A stretch of 34,554 bases of DNA from Candidatus Bathyarchaeia archaeon (GTDB lineage: Archaea > Thermoproteota > Bathyarchaeia > Bathyarchaeales > Bathycorpusculaceae), in assembly GCA_038883715.1 (NCBI GenBank), contig JAVZLS010000014.1:1-34554 (forward strand). The letters are read 5' to 3'. How positions within the stretch are numbered: the first letter of the stretch is position 1; every line of letters starts with the position of its first letter. Below are positions 7,948 to 17,173 of the stretch, piece after piece. The notes under the pieces are model-generated. The model had not been told where the DNA came from. It saw only the letters and a program-made list of their open reading frames with translations, and searched no databases. A program made the translations under genes and the position numbers.

Positions 7948-9771
7948 CTAGATGTCAAGATCTTTCAATTTCCGCTCTGATGGGACGCCTTCAGACGTCC
8001 ATCCTCTGAGCTCATAATATTCCCTCATCATTAAGTCCATATCTGGAACATGCCGAAGGGTGCCGCCGTCTTGAGGTTCCAAAAATCTTTTCGGAAGTAC
8101 ATCATCCTTCGAGGAGATTCCCCATCTGCAATTAAGAATTCTTTTAAGGTTGAATGATCTTTCCCCGGTTTTCATGAACTCGTCTATGCTCATCGCTCTG
8201 CCAGTAACCAACTCGTAGAACCTTAAGAGCTGTGTAAGTGTCAGACCAGCCGAGGATGCATATTTGCAGACCACTAGTAAGTCGTAAACCTCCATCATGT
8301 CCTGCATCTTCTTAACAAGGAAGGCTTTACTTCTCGACTCAAACCTGTCAGTTTGCACGGTTATGCCAATTTCTGGAACCAGTCTCCCCCTATCCGGGTT
8401 GTGGGGCCACGCAAGGTGACATGCACCCCTATTCATTGTGGCATAACTTAATGCTTGACCGAAAAAGGCTCTGGGATTGTGTGCCGGCGCCTCTAACCCT
8501 TTTACGTGCAGGGCGAAGGCTTCGCTCCCCTTACCTAACCTTTTAGACGCTTCCCGCACCCCTTCAGCCAGTAAGTCCCCCACGCCCTTTCTATTTGCTA
8601 TAAGCTCTATCAGTTTCAGTATGTTTTCAGACGGGCCCCATCTAAGTTCCAGTCCTCCAGTATCCTCTTTTGTTATAATTCCTTTCTCATATGCTTCTAT
8701 TGCAAATGCTATAACCCCGCCAGTTGATATTGTATCCATTCCTAGACGGTTACAGAGGTCATTTGCCTTCGCGATTAGCGAAAGGTCGTCATTAAGCAGG
8801 TTTGAGCCCAACATGCATAAGGTTTCAAACTCTGGGCCATCCGCCCTAAGATTTGTATATTTTCCTTCTTTTATGTGCACTGTTCTTTTGCACCCAATAA
8901 CACAGTTGCAGCAAGGAGTCACTTTATCCAAAATTGTTTCTGTTATCCTTTTACCACTAATTTTCTCTATTTTGTCCTCTTCCCAGACGCCCTCGCTGTG
9001 ATTTTTTATCGGAATGTTGCCCATGTAATAGTAGGCTTCCATTCCGCCTCCCGTGCCGAATTTGCGGAGGCCTTGAGCGGCAGGATTTTTTGACAGTTGA
9101 GTTTGAACCTCTGCTGCAAATTTTTTAAGTTCCGCTTCCTTTGCGACTGAAATTTTCCCTGTTCCTTTAACGGCGATTGCCTTCAAGTTTTTAGAGCCCA
9201 TAACTGCGCCTATTCCAGCTCTGCCAGCCTTTCCAACATCACAAATTATGGATGCATACTTCACTAAGTGTTCGCCAGCGGGCCCAATAGCAGCTATTTT
9301 AACCGCCTTGTCTCCAAGCTCGCCTTTAATAATCCAGTATGTTTCATAAACGTCCTTGCCCCACAGTTTTTCGGCGTTTCTAAATTCAACTTGGTCATCA
9401 TTTATCCATAGGTATTTGGGCTTTTCCGCCCTACCCATAATTATGACTGCATCGAACCCTGCCTTCTTTAAGTGTTGTCCAAACATTCCTCCGGCATGGG
9501 ACTCTCCCCAAATTCCCAGCGGGGACCTAGCGCATATAGAAAGCCGCCCGCTAGACGGTGTTGGGGTGCCCGTTAATGGCCCCGTGGCAAAGATAAGCAA
9601 AGATTCAGCATCTAATGGGCCTATTTCGCTGGGCATTTCGTCATAAATTATCTTTGCGGCTAGTCCTGAACCGCCAATGTATTTCTCTGCTATTTCGTTT
9701 GGGAGGTTTTCTATTGAGAAATTCTCATCCGTTAAGTTAACTCGCAAAATTTTCCCCATGTAACCGAACAT
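7948..9771 (-). CDS. aor: Tungsten aldehyde:ferredoxin oxidoreductase family protein (copy 2)
   Basis: GYMGKILRVNLT, GAVMGSKNLKA, CCNCVIGC, GPEFET, LGMDTIS, NRGACH, distal LVVCKY. Confidence 0.95.
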   Translation of the reverse strand: MFGYMGKILRVNLTDENFSIENLPNEIAEKYIGGSGLAAKIIYDEMPSEIGPLDAESLLIFATGPLTGTPTPSSGRLSICARSPLGIWGESHAGGMFGQHLKKAGFDAVIIMGRAEKPKYLWINDDQVEFRNAEKLWGKDVYETYWIIKGELGDKAVKIAAIGPAGEHLVKYASIICDVGKAGRAGIGAVMGSKNLKAIAVKGTGKISVAKEAELKKFAAEVQTQLSKNPAAQGLRKFGTGGGMEAYYYMGNIPIKNHSEGVWEEDKIEKISGKRITETILDKVTPCCNCVIGCKRTVHIKEGKYTNLRADGPEFETLCMLGSNLLNDDLSLIAKANDLCNRLGMDTISTGGVIAFAIEAYEKGIITKEDTGGLELRWGPSENILKLIELIANRKGVGDLLAEGVREASKRLGKGSEAFALHVKGLEAPAHNPRAFFGQALSYATMNRGACHLAWPHNPDRGRLVPEIGITVQTDRFESRSKAFLVKKMQDMMEVYDLLVVCKYASSAGLTLTQLLRFYELVTGRAMSIDEFMKTGERSFNLKRILNCRWGISSKDDVLPKRFLEPQDGGTLRHVPDMDLMMREYYELRGWTSEGVPSERKLKDLDI

Positions 9772-9839
9772 ACTCGCTCACTACGTTAGTTCAGTAACTT
9801 TGATAGGGCGAGTTTTGGACTTGTTTAACGTGCTTGTAT

Positions 9840-10208
9840 TCACTTTTTGGCTCTCTGTCTAATGGATTTCTCGTCTCCAGGCGGAGTATAAACCCATAGA
9901 AATTGGAGTTCCTCTTCGCCGGCATTTTCAAGAGTGTGAATCTCGTTGGGAGCTAAGTAGACAACGTCGCCGGGCTCCAATATTTGTTGATCATTTCCGC
10001 TTGAAACCTTAGCCTTCCCCTTAAGTATGAAGATTGTCTCCTCGCCTGTATGAGCATGAGAGGCACCTTTCTCTCCAGCAGGGTACATTGTAAAGCCCAT
10101 TGCTACATGTTTTGACCCAATAACAGGATCCATCATTATTTTAGTCACTTTCCTTGATGGTGGCGGCGCCGGGAAAACCGGAGCGCTTTCTTTTCTGACA
10201 ATTATCAT
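9840..10208 (-). CDS. Monocupin domain protein
   Basis: Cupin metal motifs HAHTGEETIFILKG and PGDVVYLAPNEIH; SD GGAGG. Confidence 0.9.
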   Translation of the reverse strand: MIIVRKESAPVFPAPPPSRKVTKIMMDPVIGSKHVAMGFTMYPAGEKGASHAHTGEETIFILKGKAKVSSGNDQQILEPGDVVYLAPNEIHTLENAGEEELQFLWVYTPPGDEKSIRQRAKK

Positions 10209-10221
10209 TTATCTTCCTCCA

Positions 10222-11037
10222 TTATTTTTCAAGCGGTGAGACTCCCGGGGGATATTTTGATTTAAGTTCTTCTATGAATTCGCAGAGTTTGTTAACAACG
10301 GCATCCACTATTTTCTTCCCTTTCTCCTTGGTTGCCTTTGTTGCGTCTCCTAAAATTCCCAGCTTGTAAACGTCAACTTGGAAATAGGAGTGGGTAATGT
10401 TGTGGCCTGGAAAACCCCCTTCTTCAGGTAAGCCGGTTGGGCCTCCATACCATTTCTTATCAATGATGCTGGGCGCTTTTTCTTTGCCAGCTTTGCCCAT
10501 ATCCACAAGCTCTGGGTAAAGTTCCAAGGCCACGGATGTTTCAGCCTCGTCAGCATGAACAAACGGGGTTTCACAAACCTCGCTTATTGTTTTCCTTATG
10601 AGCTCCCACCATGTGGCAACGGCTATAAACGCCTTTGTTTCCAACGCCAACTCGTGGAGAGCCCCGACATAAACCCACTGTTGACCGTGCGCATTAAGTA
10701 TTATTATCTTCTTGAAGCCGTTATTGACCAGCCCTGTTACAACATCCTTCACAAACTGTTTAAGCACATCAGACCTTATTGGAACGGTTCCCGGAAAACC
10801 ATATTGCATATACATGTGGGCGCCATACCATATCGGAGGAGCCACCAGCACTCCTGTTTTCTCTGCAACCCGCTCTGCAATTTTCTGGGCGTTTAATGAG
10901 TCCGAACCAACTGGGCAGTGGGGCCCATGCATTTCTATTGAGCCGACGGGCAGCAGAATTATGTCGCATTTTTTAGCTCTTTCAACTATTTCTGGCCAAC
11001 TCAGTTCATGGTACCAGACGCTTTTCTTTTTAGGCAT
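10222..11037 (-). CDS. Creatininase-family metallohydrolase resembling IolN (3-dehydro-scyllo-inosose hydrolase)
   Basis: PVGSIEMHGPH...D, PIWYG, FPGT, LNAHGQ (Q where creatininases typically have HGGN), TPFVHADEAETS, GILGDATKAT. Start moved to ATG 11037 (SD GGAG). The IolN likeness is from recollection of family motifs. Confidence 0.85.
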   Translation of the reverse strand: MPKKKSVWYHELSWPEIVERAKKCDIILLPVGSIEMHGPHCPVGSDSLNAQKIAERVAEKTGVLVAPPIWYGAHMYMQYGFPGTVPIRSDVLKQFVKDVVTGLVNNGFKKIIILNAHGQQWVYVGALHELALETKAFIAVATWWELIRKTISEVCETPFVHADEAETSVALELYPELVDMGKAGKEKAPSIIDKKWYGGPTGLPEEGGFPGHNITHSYFQVDVYKLGILGDATKATKEKGKKIVDAVVNKLCEFIEELKSKYPPGVSPLEK

Positions 11038-11051
11038 TTTCCGGTCTCCAA

Positions 11052-11975
11052 TCACTTTGGAATTGCCAAATCGCTTGCCCCTCTCCCGCTTTGAATAGCC
11101 TCTGGATAATACTTCTTAACTGTGCGAACAACCAGCACGGCTTGGAGGGCCATGTTCACTCCTTCCGCCTTGGTTGTGGGAACGCCGTGACTTACAAGCG
11201 CTGAATTGCCGGTCTTAAGGTTTATTGGTGCTCCTACTCTCACCATCTCTGGCGCCTCATAAGTTCTAAGCATTCCGCCCGTTGATTTGGGATTGTCTAC
11301 ATGTATGTCGATTGGTACTTTAACTGTCTGCCTTATAGCCGCAATCATTGGTAGCGTAAGGTCTCTGACGGGGTTTATGGAGTCTGCTCCTAGCATTTCC
11401 AAGACTTTAAATGAGACCGGGTTTCCATGGCCGCAGTGGGCTGAAAGCTTAAACTTTGTGTCTTTAGGGATTTCCTCATCCTTCCGCATCTGGTTAAGCA
11501 GCCACAATAAACCTTCATCATAAACCAGTATCCCCCTAACCCCCATTTCCGTAACCCTTTTCACATCTTCAACAGCCCTAACCACCTGCTCCATTCCTCG
11601 AAGCCTATAGCCAATCCTGCCAGCCTCAAAGGTGCCAGTCGCCCTCTGGGGGCTTAAATCATATGTAGCTCTTGGACCAACTGACAAGTTGAGTTCCACT
11701 TTGTACTCCTTTGCCAGTTCAATGTATTCTTCAAGTTCCTCGTCCGTGTGGCGCATAATCCCCAAAGTTTCGTCAATCCTATTCACCACAACTCCATACT
11801 GCTCAGCGGTCTCAAGAACAGCCCGCATAGTTTCCGCTGAATTAACCGTTGGAACCTCAATCCTAAACTGTGCGCCATCAGGAAATCTGAGCTTAGATTC
11901 CGGAAGTTCATAAAGGTCGTGATCTGGAAAACCCAATTTTCTCAAATATGCCCTCGTTTTTTCTCCAACTAGCAT
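11052..11975 (-). CDS. U32-peptidase-like TIM-barrel protein lacking the Fe-S cysteines; function unknown
   Basis: RFPDGAQFRIEVP, GILVYDEG and GADSINPVRDLTL..I..IR..V.VPIDIHV resemble the U32 core; only one Cys in 307 aa; SD GGAGG. Confidence 0.7.
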   Translation of the reverse strand: MLVGEKTRAYLRKLGFPDHDLYELPESKLRFPDGAQFRIEVPTVNSAETMRAVLETAEQYGVVVNRIDETLGIMRHTDEELEEYIELAKEYKVELNLSVGPRATYDLSPQRATGTFEAGRIGYRLRGMEQVVRAVEDVKRVTEMGVRGILVYDEGLLWLLNQMRKDEEIPKDTKFKLSAHCGHGNPVSFKVLEMLGADSINPVRDLTLPMIAAIRQTVKVPIDIHVDNPKSTGGMLRTYEAPEMVRVGAPINLKTGNSALVSHGVPTTKAEGVNMALQAVLVVRTVKKYYPEAIQSGRGASDLAIPK

Positions 11976-12079
11976 TTGGGCGATCCTCCATGTTAGTTTT
12001 GGATAGGTTATAAAAATGGGCCGTGTATTTATCCCTTATGGAGTAAATTTGAATTGATGAAGAATGCCTTTTACAATAT

Positions 12080-13132
12080 TCAAATCTTCGGTAAGAGGAA
12101 GGAAATCTGAAGCTCTTTAGCTATATTTTTCAACGCAATTAAAACTTCATCATCCAATGGTATCCCGAGCCTGTTTCTCTGCAAAGCTTCAATCATCTCT
12201 ATCTCACCAGGCAAGAATATCTCACTAATCCCCCTCTTCCTTGGACACGACTTTATCTCCTTCACATACTCTAAAATGGCATCCTTATACTCGTGATAAG
12301 GCCTGAAAAATTCGATATTTATTGCCTCTATAAATGCGCCTGTTCCAGACGGCCCGCTGAAGTCGTTGAGTTCCTTAATTTTCCATCCAAAATTTGAACC
12401 GATAAGTAACCCACATAATATATCAACTGAAAGGGCTAACCCGTATCCTTTTGGGCCTCCAATGGGAACGAGCGACCCTTTAAGTGCGGCTTTGGGATCC
12501 GTTGTTGGGTTTCCCTCTTCGTCAAGGGCCCATCCTTCAGGTATTCTTTCGCCTTTTAATGCGGCCAGTCTTATCTTTCCGCGTGCAACAACACTTACAG
12601 CCATATCTAAAATTATTGACTCTTCGTTGCCGCCCATTGGAAAGCCTATGCAGATGGGATTTGTTCCAAACATGGGGTTTATTCCTCCCCAAGGGGCGAT
12701 GGCTGGAGGCCCGTTCGACAAAACTATCCCTATCAGTTTTTGCTCTGTCAGTTTCATGACATAGTGGGCGGCCATACCGAAATGATTAGAGTTTTTAACA
12801 GCAACAACACCGACTCCAAGTTTCTTTGCTTTTTCGGCTGCGAGGAAAGCTGCCTTCATGGCTGCAACTTGACCAAAATTGTTGTGGGCATCTATCAATG
12901 CAACGCTTCCTTGATCCTTCACCACCTTAATTGGTGCTGATGGGTCGATGAGGCCCTCCTTCACCCTTCTTATGTATACGGGTAGTCTTGCAACGCCGTG
13001 GGAGTCTATTCCCCTGAGGTTTGCTAGAACAAGATTTTCAGCAACTATCGCTGCGTCTTTCTCCTTCACTCCCACGTGTTTTAAGGCTTCTAAACTAAAT
13101 TGGAATAAATCTTCAGCCTTAATCCTTATCAA
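12080..13132 (-). CDS. Ldh2-family (ComC/AllD/YiaK-type) 2-hydroxyacid dehydrogenase
   Basis: ANLRGIDSHG, NSNHFG, GTNPI, ILDMA, GGPKGYGL, LPGE. Confidence 0.93.
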   Translation of the reverse strand: MIRIKAEDLFQFSLEALKHVGVKEKDAAIVAENLVLANLRGIDSHGVARLPVYIRRVKEGLIDPSAPIKVVKDQGSVALIDAHNNFGQVAAMKAAFLAAEKAKKLGVGVVAVKNSNHFGMAAHYVMKLTEQKLIGIVLSNGPPAIAPWGGINPMFGTNPICIGFPMGGNEESIILDMAVSVVARGKIRLAALKGERIPEGWALDEEGNPTTDPKAALKGSLVPIGGPKGYGLALSVDILCGLLIGSNFGWKIKELNDFSGPSGTGAFIEAINIEFFRPYHEYKDAILEYVKEIKSCPRKRGISEIFLPGEIEMIEALQRNRLGIPLDDEVLIALKNIAKELQISFLLPKI

Positions 13133-13251
13133 AGAGTTGAAACCCCCATGAATTCTACGAGGTTCAAAATTTAAGATTATCCTAGAAGGGAAGCTGGGAA
13201 TACTTTTAAATTATTCATGCTCCACCTAGTTGCTGTTCTGGAGGAGTTAAG

Positions 13252-14445
13252 GTGCCGGGTGTAAGAGACAAAGTAGCAATAATTGGCATGGGATGCACAA
13301 AGTTCGGCGAGCACTGGGACAAGGGCGTTGGAGACTTAATTGTTGAGGCCTGTTATGAAGCTTTTGAGGATGCTGGGATAGAGCCTAAGGATGTTCAAGC
13401 TGCATGGCTTGCCACAGCATGGAGTGGAGAATTGGGTCGAACTTTGGCCTATCCTCTTAAAATAGGTTTCATTCCTATCACGAGGGTTGAAAATAGATGC
13501 GCCAGCGGACATGACGCTTTCATAAATGCGTGTTACGCAGTGGCATGCGGCGCATTTGACCTTGTGTTGGTTTGTGGAGCTGAAAAGATAAAGGATACCG
13601 GGCTTCCAATTCCAGGCGATTATAATCCAACAACCCTGTATACCAGCAGGGTGGATACAGGCTTTCTGCCCGTGACGGCGTGGGCTATGTTTGCCCTAAG
13701 ATACTTCTATCACTACGACATACCGGTTGAGGATGGCAGAAGAATCTTGGCTAGGATAGCCGTTAAAAACCACTTTAATGGTTCGCTGGCTCCTAAGGCT
13801 CAATTCCGCCGCAAAATAACCATTGAAGACGCCTTAAAGGCTCCAATCATTGCGTGGCCTCTTGGCCTTTACGATTGTTGCGGGATAGCAGATGGTGCAG
13901 CAGCCGCCATACTCACCAGAGCTGAGTTGGCCAAAAACTACAGGGACGATTATGTGATTGTTAAGGGGGTGGGCATGAGCGCGGGCATGTATCAGGGCCA
14001 AGTTATGGATGATTTCCCTCTTGTTCATGTGGAGGAGAACGTTCGGGCTTCAAGGATGGCCTACGCCGAGGCGGGAATAAAGAACCCGAGGAAGGAGTTG
14101 GACTTAGCAGAGGTTCACGACTGCTTCACGATTCATGAACTTGTCATTTATGAGGACTTGGGGTTTTCTCAAAGAGGTAAGGCAAAAGAAGATTTGGAAA
14201 ACGGCGTCTTCGATTTGAAAGGCGAACTTCCAGTCAATGCTGACGGTGGCCTTAAGTGCTTTGGTCATCCACTTGGAGCCAGCGGAATAAGGATGATATA
14301 TGAAGTTTACAAGCAACTTCAAGGAAAAGCTGACCAACGCCAAGTTGAAATAAGGAATCAAAGGGGGCTCACGCACTCATGCGGCGGCACTCCTGTGGAT
14401 TCGCATACCGCTGCTGTGGCAATACTTGGTTTGAGGGGAACATAA
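13252..14445 (+). CDS. Thiolase (SCP2/archaeal-type acetyl-CoA acyltransferase), catalytic subunit
   Basis: VAIIGMGCTKFG, VENRCASG (catalytic Cys), AEVHDCF, GGLKCFGHPLGASG; GTG start with SD GGAGG. Confidence 0.93.
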   Translation: MPGVRDKVAIIGMGCTKFGEHWDKGVGDLIVEACYEAFEDAGIEPKDVQAAWLATAWSGELGRTLAYPLKIGFIPITRVENRCASGHDAFINACYAVACGAFDLVLVCGAEKIKDTGLPIPGDYNPTTLYTSRVDTGFLPVTAWAMFALRYFYHYDIPVEDGRRILARIAVKNHFNGSLAPKAQFRRKITIEDALKAPIIAWPLGLYDCCGIADGAAAAILTRAELAKNYRDDYVIVKGVGMSAGMYQGQVMDDFPLVHVEENVRASRMAYAEAGIKNPRKELDLAEVHDCFTIHELVIYEDLGFSQRGKAKEDLENGVFDLKGELPVNADGGLKCFGHPLGASGIRMIYEVYKQLQGKADQRQVEIRNQRGLTHSCGGTPVDSHTAAVAILGLRGT

Positions 14446-15855
14446 ATGGTTGGAGTAGTCTCTTACGGTGCCTACATCCCCATATGGAGAATGAACCGTG
14501 AACTTTTAGGCAGAGGCCTTCCAGGCGAGAGATCTGTAGCTGGCAAGGATGAGGACAGCCTAACCATGGCTGTTGCAGCTTCGATCAACTGCCTAGAAAA
14601 CATTAATCGCGAGCATATTGACGGCGTCTTCTTCGCCTCAACAACATCGCCGTTTAAGGAAAAATGCGTGGCCAGCACTATCGCTGCTGTTTTAGATCTC
14701 CGCCGCGACATCTTCACAGTAGATTTTGCTAACTCAATTAGGGCTGGAACAAGCGCTTTAAAAACCGCGCTGGGCATGGTTAAGGCTGGAATGGCTCGGC
14801 AAATACTAATCGCAGCGGCTGACTGTCGCTTGGGCGCTCCGGGATCAACATTTGAACAAAGTTTCGGCGATGGCGCCGCCGCCCTCCTTGTTGGAAAGGA
14901 GAATTTGATCGCTGAATTCGAGGGGGACTACTCCATTTCAGACGAGATATACGACGTTTGGAGAAGGGATATAGACCTATACGTTAATTCTTGGGAAGAC
15001 CGCTTCATCTATTTGCATGGCTATCAAATGGTTGTTAGTGAGACTGTTGCTGGTTTTATGAGAAAGGCTGGAGTGGATCCAAAGGACATAACAAAGGCTG
15101 TTTTGCCAGCTCCAGACGCACAGAGGGCTGAAGCCTTGGCTAAAAGCCTAGGGTTTGACCCTAAAACACAACTTCAAGATTCCTTAATCGATAGGGTTGG
15201 TAACACGGGGGCAGCCCAACCATTAATGCTTTTTGCTGCCGCCTTAGAAGAGGCTAACCCATACGATAAGCTTCTTTTAGCCGGTTATGGTAATGGAAGC
15301 GACGTTTTCATGTTCAAGACAAGCGAGAACTTAAGGAAAATAGACGTTAAAAGGCGTGGAGTGAAGGCAAACATTCAAAGGAGAAAGATTGTGCCAAATT
15401 ACGCTACATACCTTATGTGGCGCAAACTTGTTCAAATGCCGGGTCCAAGAGCACCCATGTCTGTCTCTTATCCCGCTGCAACATCCATATGGAGAGAGCG
15501 CAAACGCATATACCCGCTCTATGGAGTTAAATGCAAGGTTTGCGGCACGGTTCAGTATCCACCACAGCGGGTTTGCATAAAATGCGGAACAAAAGACACT
15601 TTTGAAGATGTAAAGCTTAGCGGTGGAAAGGGGAAGCTTTTCTCCTACTCTTTTGATTTCATAAGGGGAAACGTGCCCATAGGTCTCGTTAACCTCGAAG
15701 GTGGAGGAAGAATATTCGTTGAATTAACAGACGTAGACCCTGAAGAGCTAAAAATAGATTTGCCAGTTGAGCTAACCTTTAGAAGACTTGATTTGTGGCG
15801 TGAAGACGGCATATACGGCTACTTCTGGAAAGCAACGCCGATAAGAATCCCATAG
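14446..15855 (+). CDS. HMG-CoA-synthase-like domain fused to Zn-ribbon/OB-fold (DUF35); probable thiolase accessory subunit
   Basis: GVVSYGAYIP, DEDSLTMA, GDGAAA, VGNTG; the catalytic Cys position reads NSIRAG. C-terminal CKVCG...CIKCG followed by an OB fold ending YFWKA. Abuts the thiolase stop (TAA-ATG). Confidence 0.88.
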   Translation: MVGVVSYGAYIPIWRMNRELLGRGLPGERSVAGKDEDSLTMAVAASINCLENINREHIDGVFFASTTSPFKEKCVASTIAAVLDLRRDIFTVDFANSIRAGTSALKTALGMVKAGMARQILIAAADCRLGAPGSTFEQSFGDGAAALLVGKENLIAEFEGDYSISDEIYDVWRRDIDLYVNSWEDRFIYLHGYQMVVSETVAGFMRKAGVDPKDITKAVLPAPDAQRAEALAKSLGFDPKTQLQDSLIDRVGNTGAAQPLMLFAAALEEANPYDKLLLAGYGNGSDVFMFKTSENLRKIDVKRRGVKANIQRRKIVPNYATYLMWRKLVQMPGPRAPMSVSYPAATSIWRERKRIYPLYGVKCKVCGTVQYPPQRVCIKCGTKDTFEDVKLSGGKGKLFSYSFDFIRGNVPIGLVNLEGGGRIFVELTDVDPEELKIDLPVELTFRRLDLWREDGIYGYFWKATPIRIP

Positions 15856-15941
15856 ACGTCCACTCCTTCTTTTAACGCCAACTCTCACTATTGCGACTTG
15901 TAGCTGTGAAATTTAAAAATTAATAGAGGCTTTGGATTCCG

Positions 15942-17105
15942 TTAGAAGTCAACACTTTTTCCTTTATACATGTAAGTGAAGAGTTTTTTGGCCTCCTCCA
16001 GACTTAAGGGTCTGGGGTTTCCGCGGAGAACCACAGATTTTGTGGCTTTATTGGCTAAGTCATCAAGCTTCTTCTCAAATTCCTCCTTTGATATTCCAGC
16101 TTCCTTAAATGAGGACGGCAGCTCAAGTTCGCGTCTAAGTTGTACTACCTTTCTAACAAGTTTCTTCACAGCTTCGTCGTCTGTTCTGGCTTTTATGCCC
16201 ACTGCTTTGGCAATTTCAACATATTTTTGCTTAGCCACTCCGGCGTTGTATTCAATGGAGTATGGCAGTATAATAGCCATAGCCCTCCCATGTGGCACAT
16301 GGAGTACGCCACCCGTCACATGTCCCAATGCATGGGCTATGCCCACCTCAGAATTAGTGAAAGCCATTCCAGCCATTGTTGCCGCAATGTGCATTTTCTC
16401 TCTGGCTTCCTTGTCTTGTGTGTCCATGTATGACCTTTTGAGGTAGTTGAAAATTGTTTTTATAGCCTTCATTGCCAAAGCGTCTGAAAAATCATTTCCT
16501 AACGGTGAAACGTAGGCTTCTATGGCATGGGTTAAGGCGTCAAAACCTGTCTCCGCCACAAGTTTTTGGGGCATTATCATTGGAAACTCTGGATCAATTA
16601 TTGCTATATCTGGCACAAGCTCTTTGTTGGCTAACTCCAGCTTCCTCTCATCAGCTGGACTTGTTATTACGGTGGCCCAGCTTGCCTCAGAGCCTGAACC
16701 ACTTGTTGTTGGTATGCATATCAATCTCGCTTTTCTTCTTAATCCAAGCTTTATAAAGGGATTTATTGATGCAACCTCAATGTCGGGACGCTCGTAAAGC
16801 ACCCATATGGCTTTGGCAGCGTCCATGTTGCTTCCCCCTCCAAGTCCTATAATCAGGTCTGGAGAGAAGCTCTTGGCAACATTCGCTCCTCTCACAACGG
16901 TCTCTACAGAGGGTTCAGGTTCGACTTCGAAAAATTCAACTTCTATCTCGGCTTTCTTCAAGTGTCTTGCTATCTTATCAGTAAAGCCTACCTTCCTAAC
17001 GGTTTTACCCGTGACAATTAAGGCTTTTCTGCCTTCGATACGCTCTAAGTATTCGGAGGCTCCCTCCCCAGCAACTATTATTTTTGGAAGAGTAATCTCC
17101 CACAT
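15942..17105 (-). CDS. Iron-containing alcohol dehydrogenase
   Basis: GLGGGSNMDAAK, IPTTSGSGSE, DALTHAIE, GIAHALGH, HG Fe ligands. Start set at ATG 17105 (SD GGGAG); the track's GTG 17117 is an alternative. Confidence 0.93.
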   Translation of the reverse strand: MWEITLPKIIVAGEGASEYLERIEGRKALIVTGKTVRKVGFTDKIARHLKKAEIEVEFFEVEPEPSVETVVRGANVAKSFSPDLIIGLGGGSNMDAAKAIWVLYERPDIEVASINPFIKLGLRRKARLICIPTTSGSGSEASWATVITSPADERKLELANKELVPDIAIIDPEFPMIMPQKLVAETGFDALTHAIEAYVSPLGNDFSDALAMKAIKTIFNYLKRSYMDTQDKEAREKMHIAATMAGMAFTNSEVGIAHALGHVTGGVLHVPHGRAMAIILPYSIEYNAGVAKQKYVEIAKAVGIKARTDDEAVKKLVRKVVQLRRELELPSSFKEAGISKEEFEKKLDDLANKATKSVVLRGNPRPLSLEEAKKLFTYMYKGKSVDF

Positions 17106-17173
17106 AAGTTCTCCCACAGACGGAGAGTAGTGGCAAATCCAACAAATATAAGACTTATGGAATGATTATAGGT

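Noticed and set aside
14446-15855. Mevalonate-pathway HMG-CoA synthase
   Set aside because: The catalytic Cys is absent and the context is degradative.
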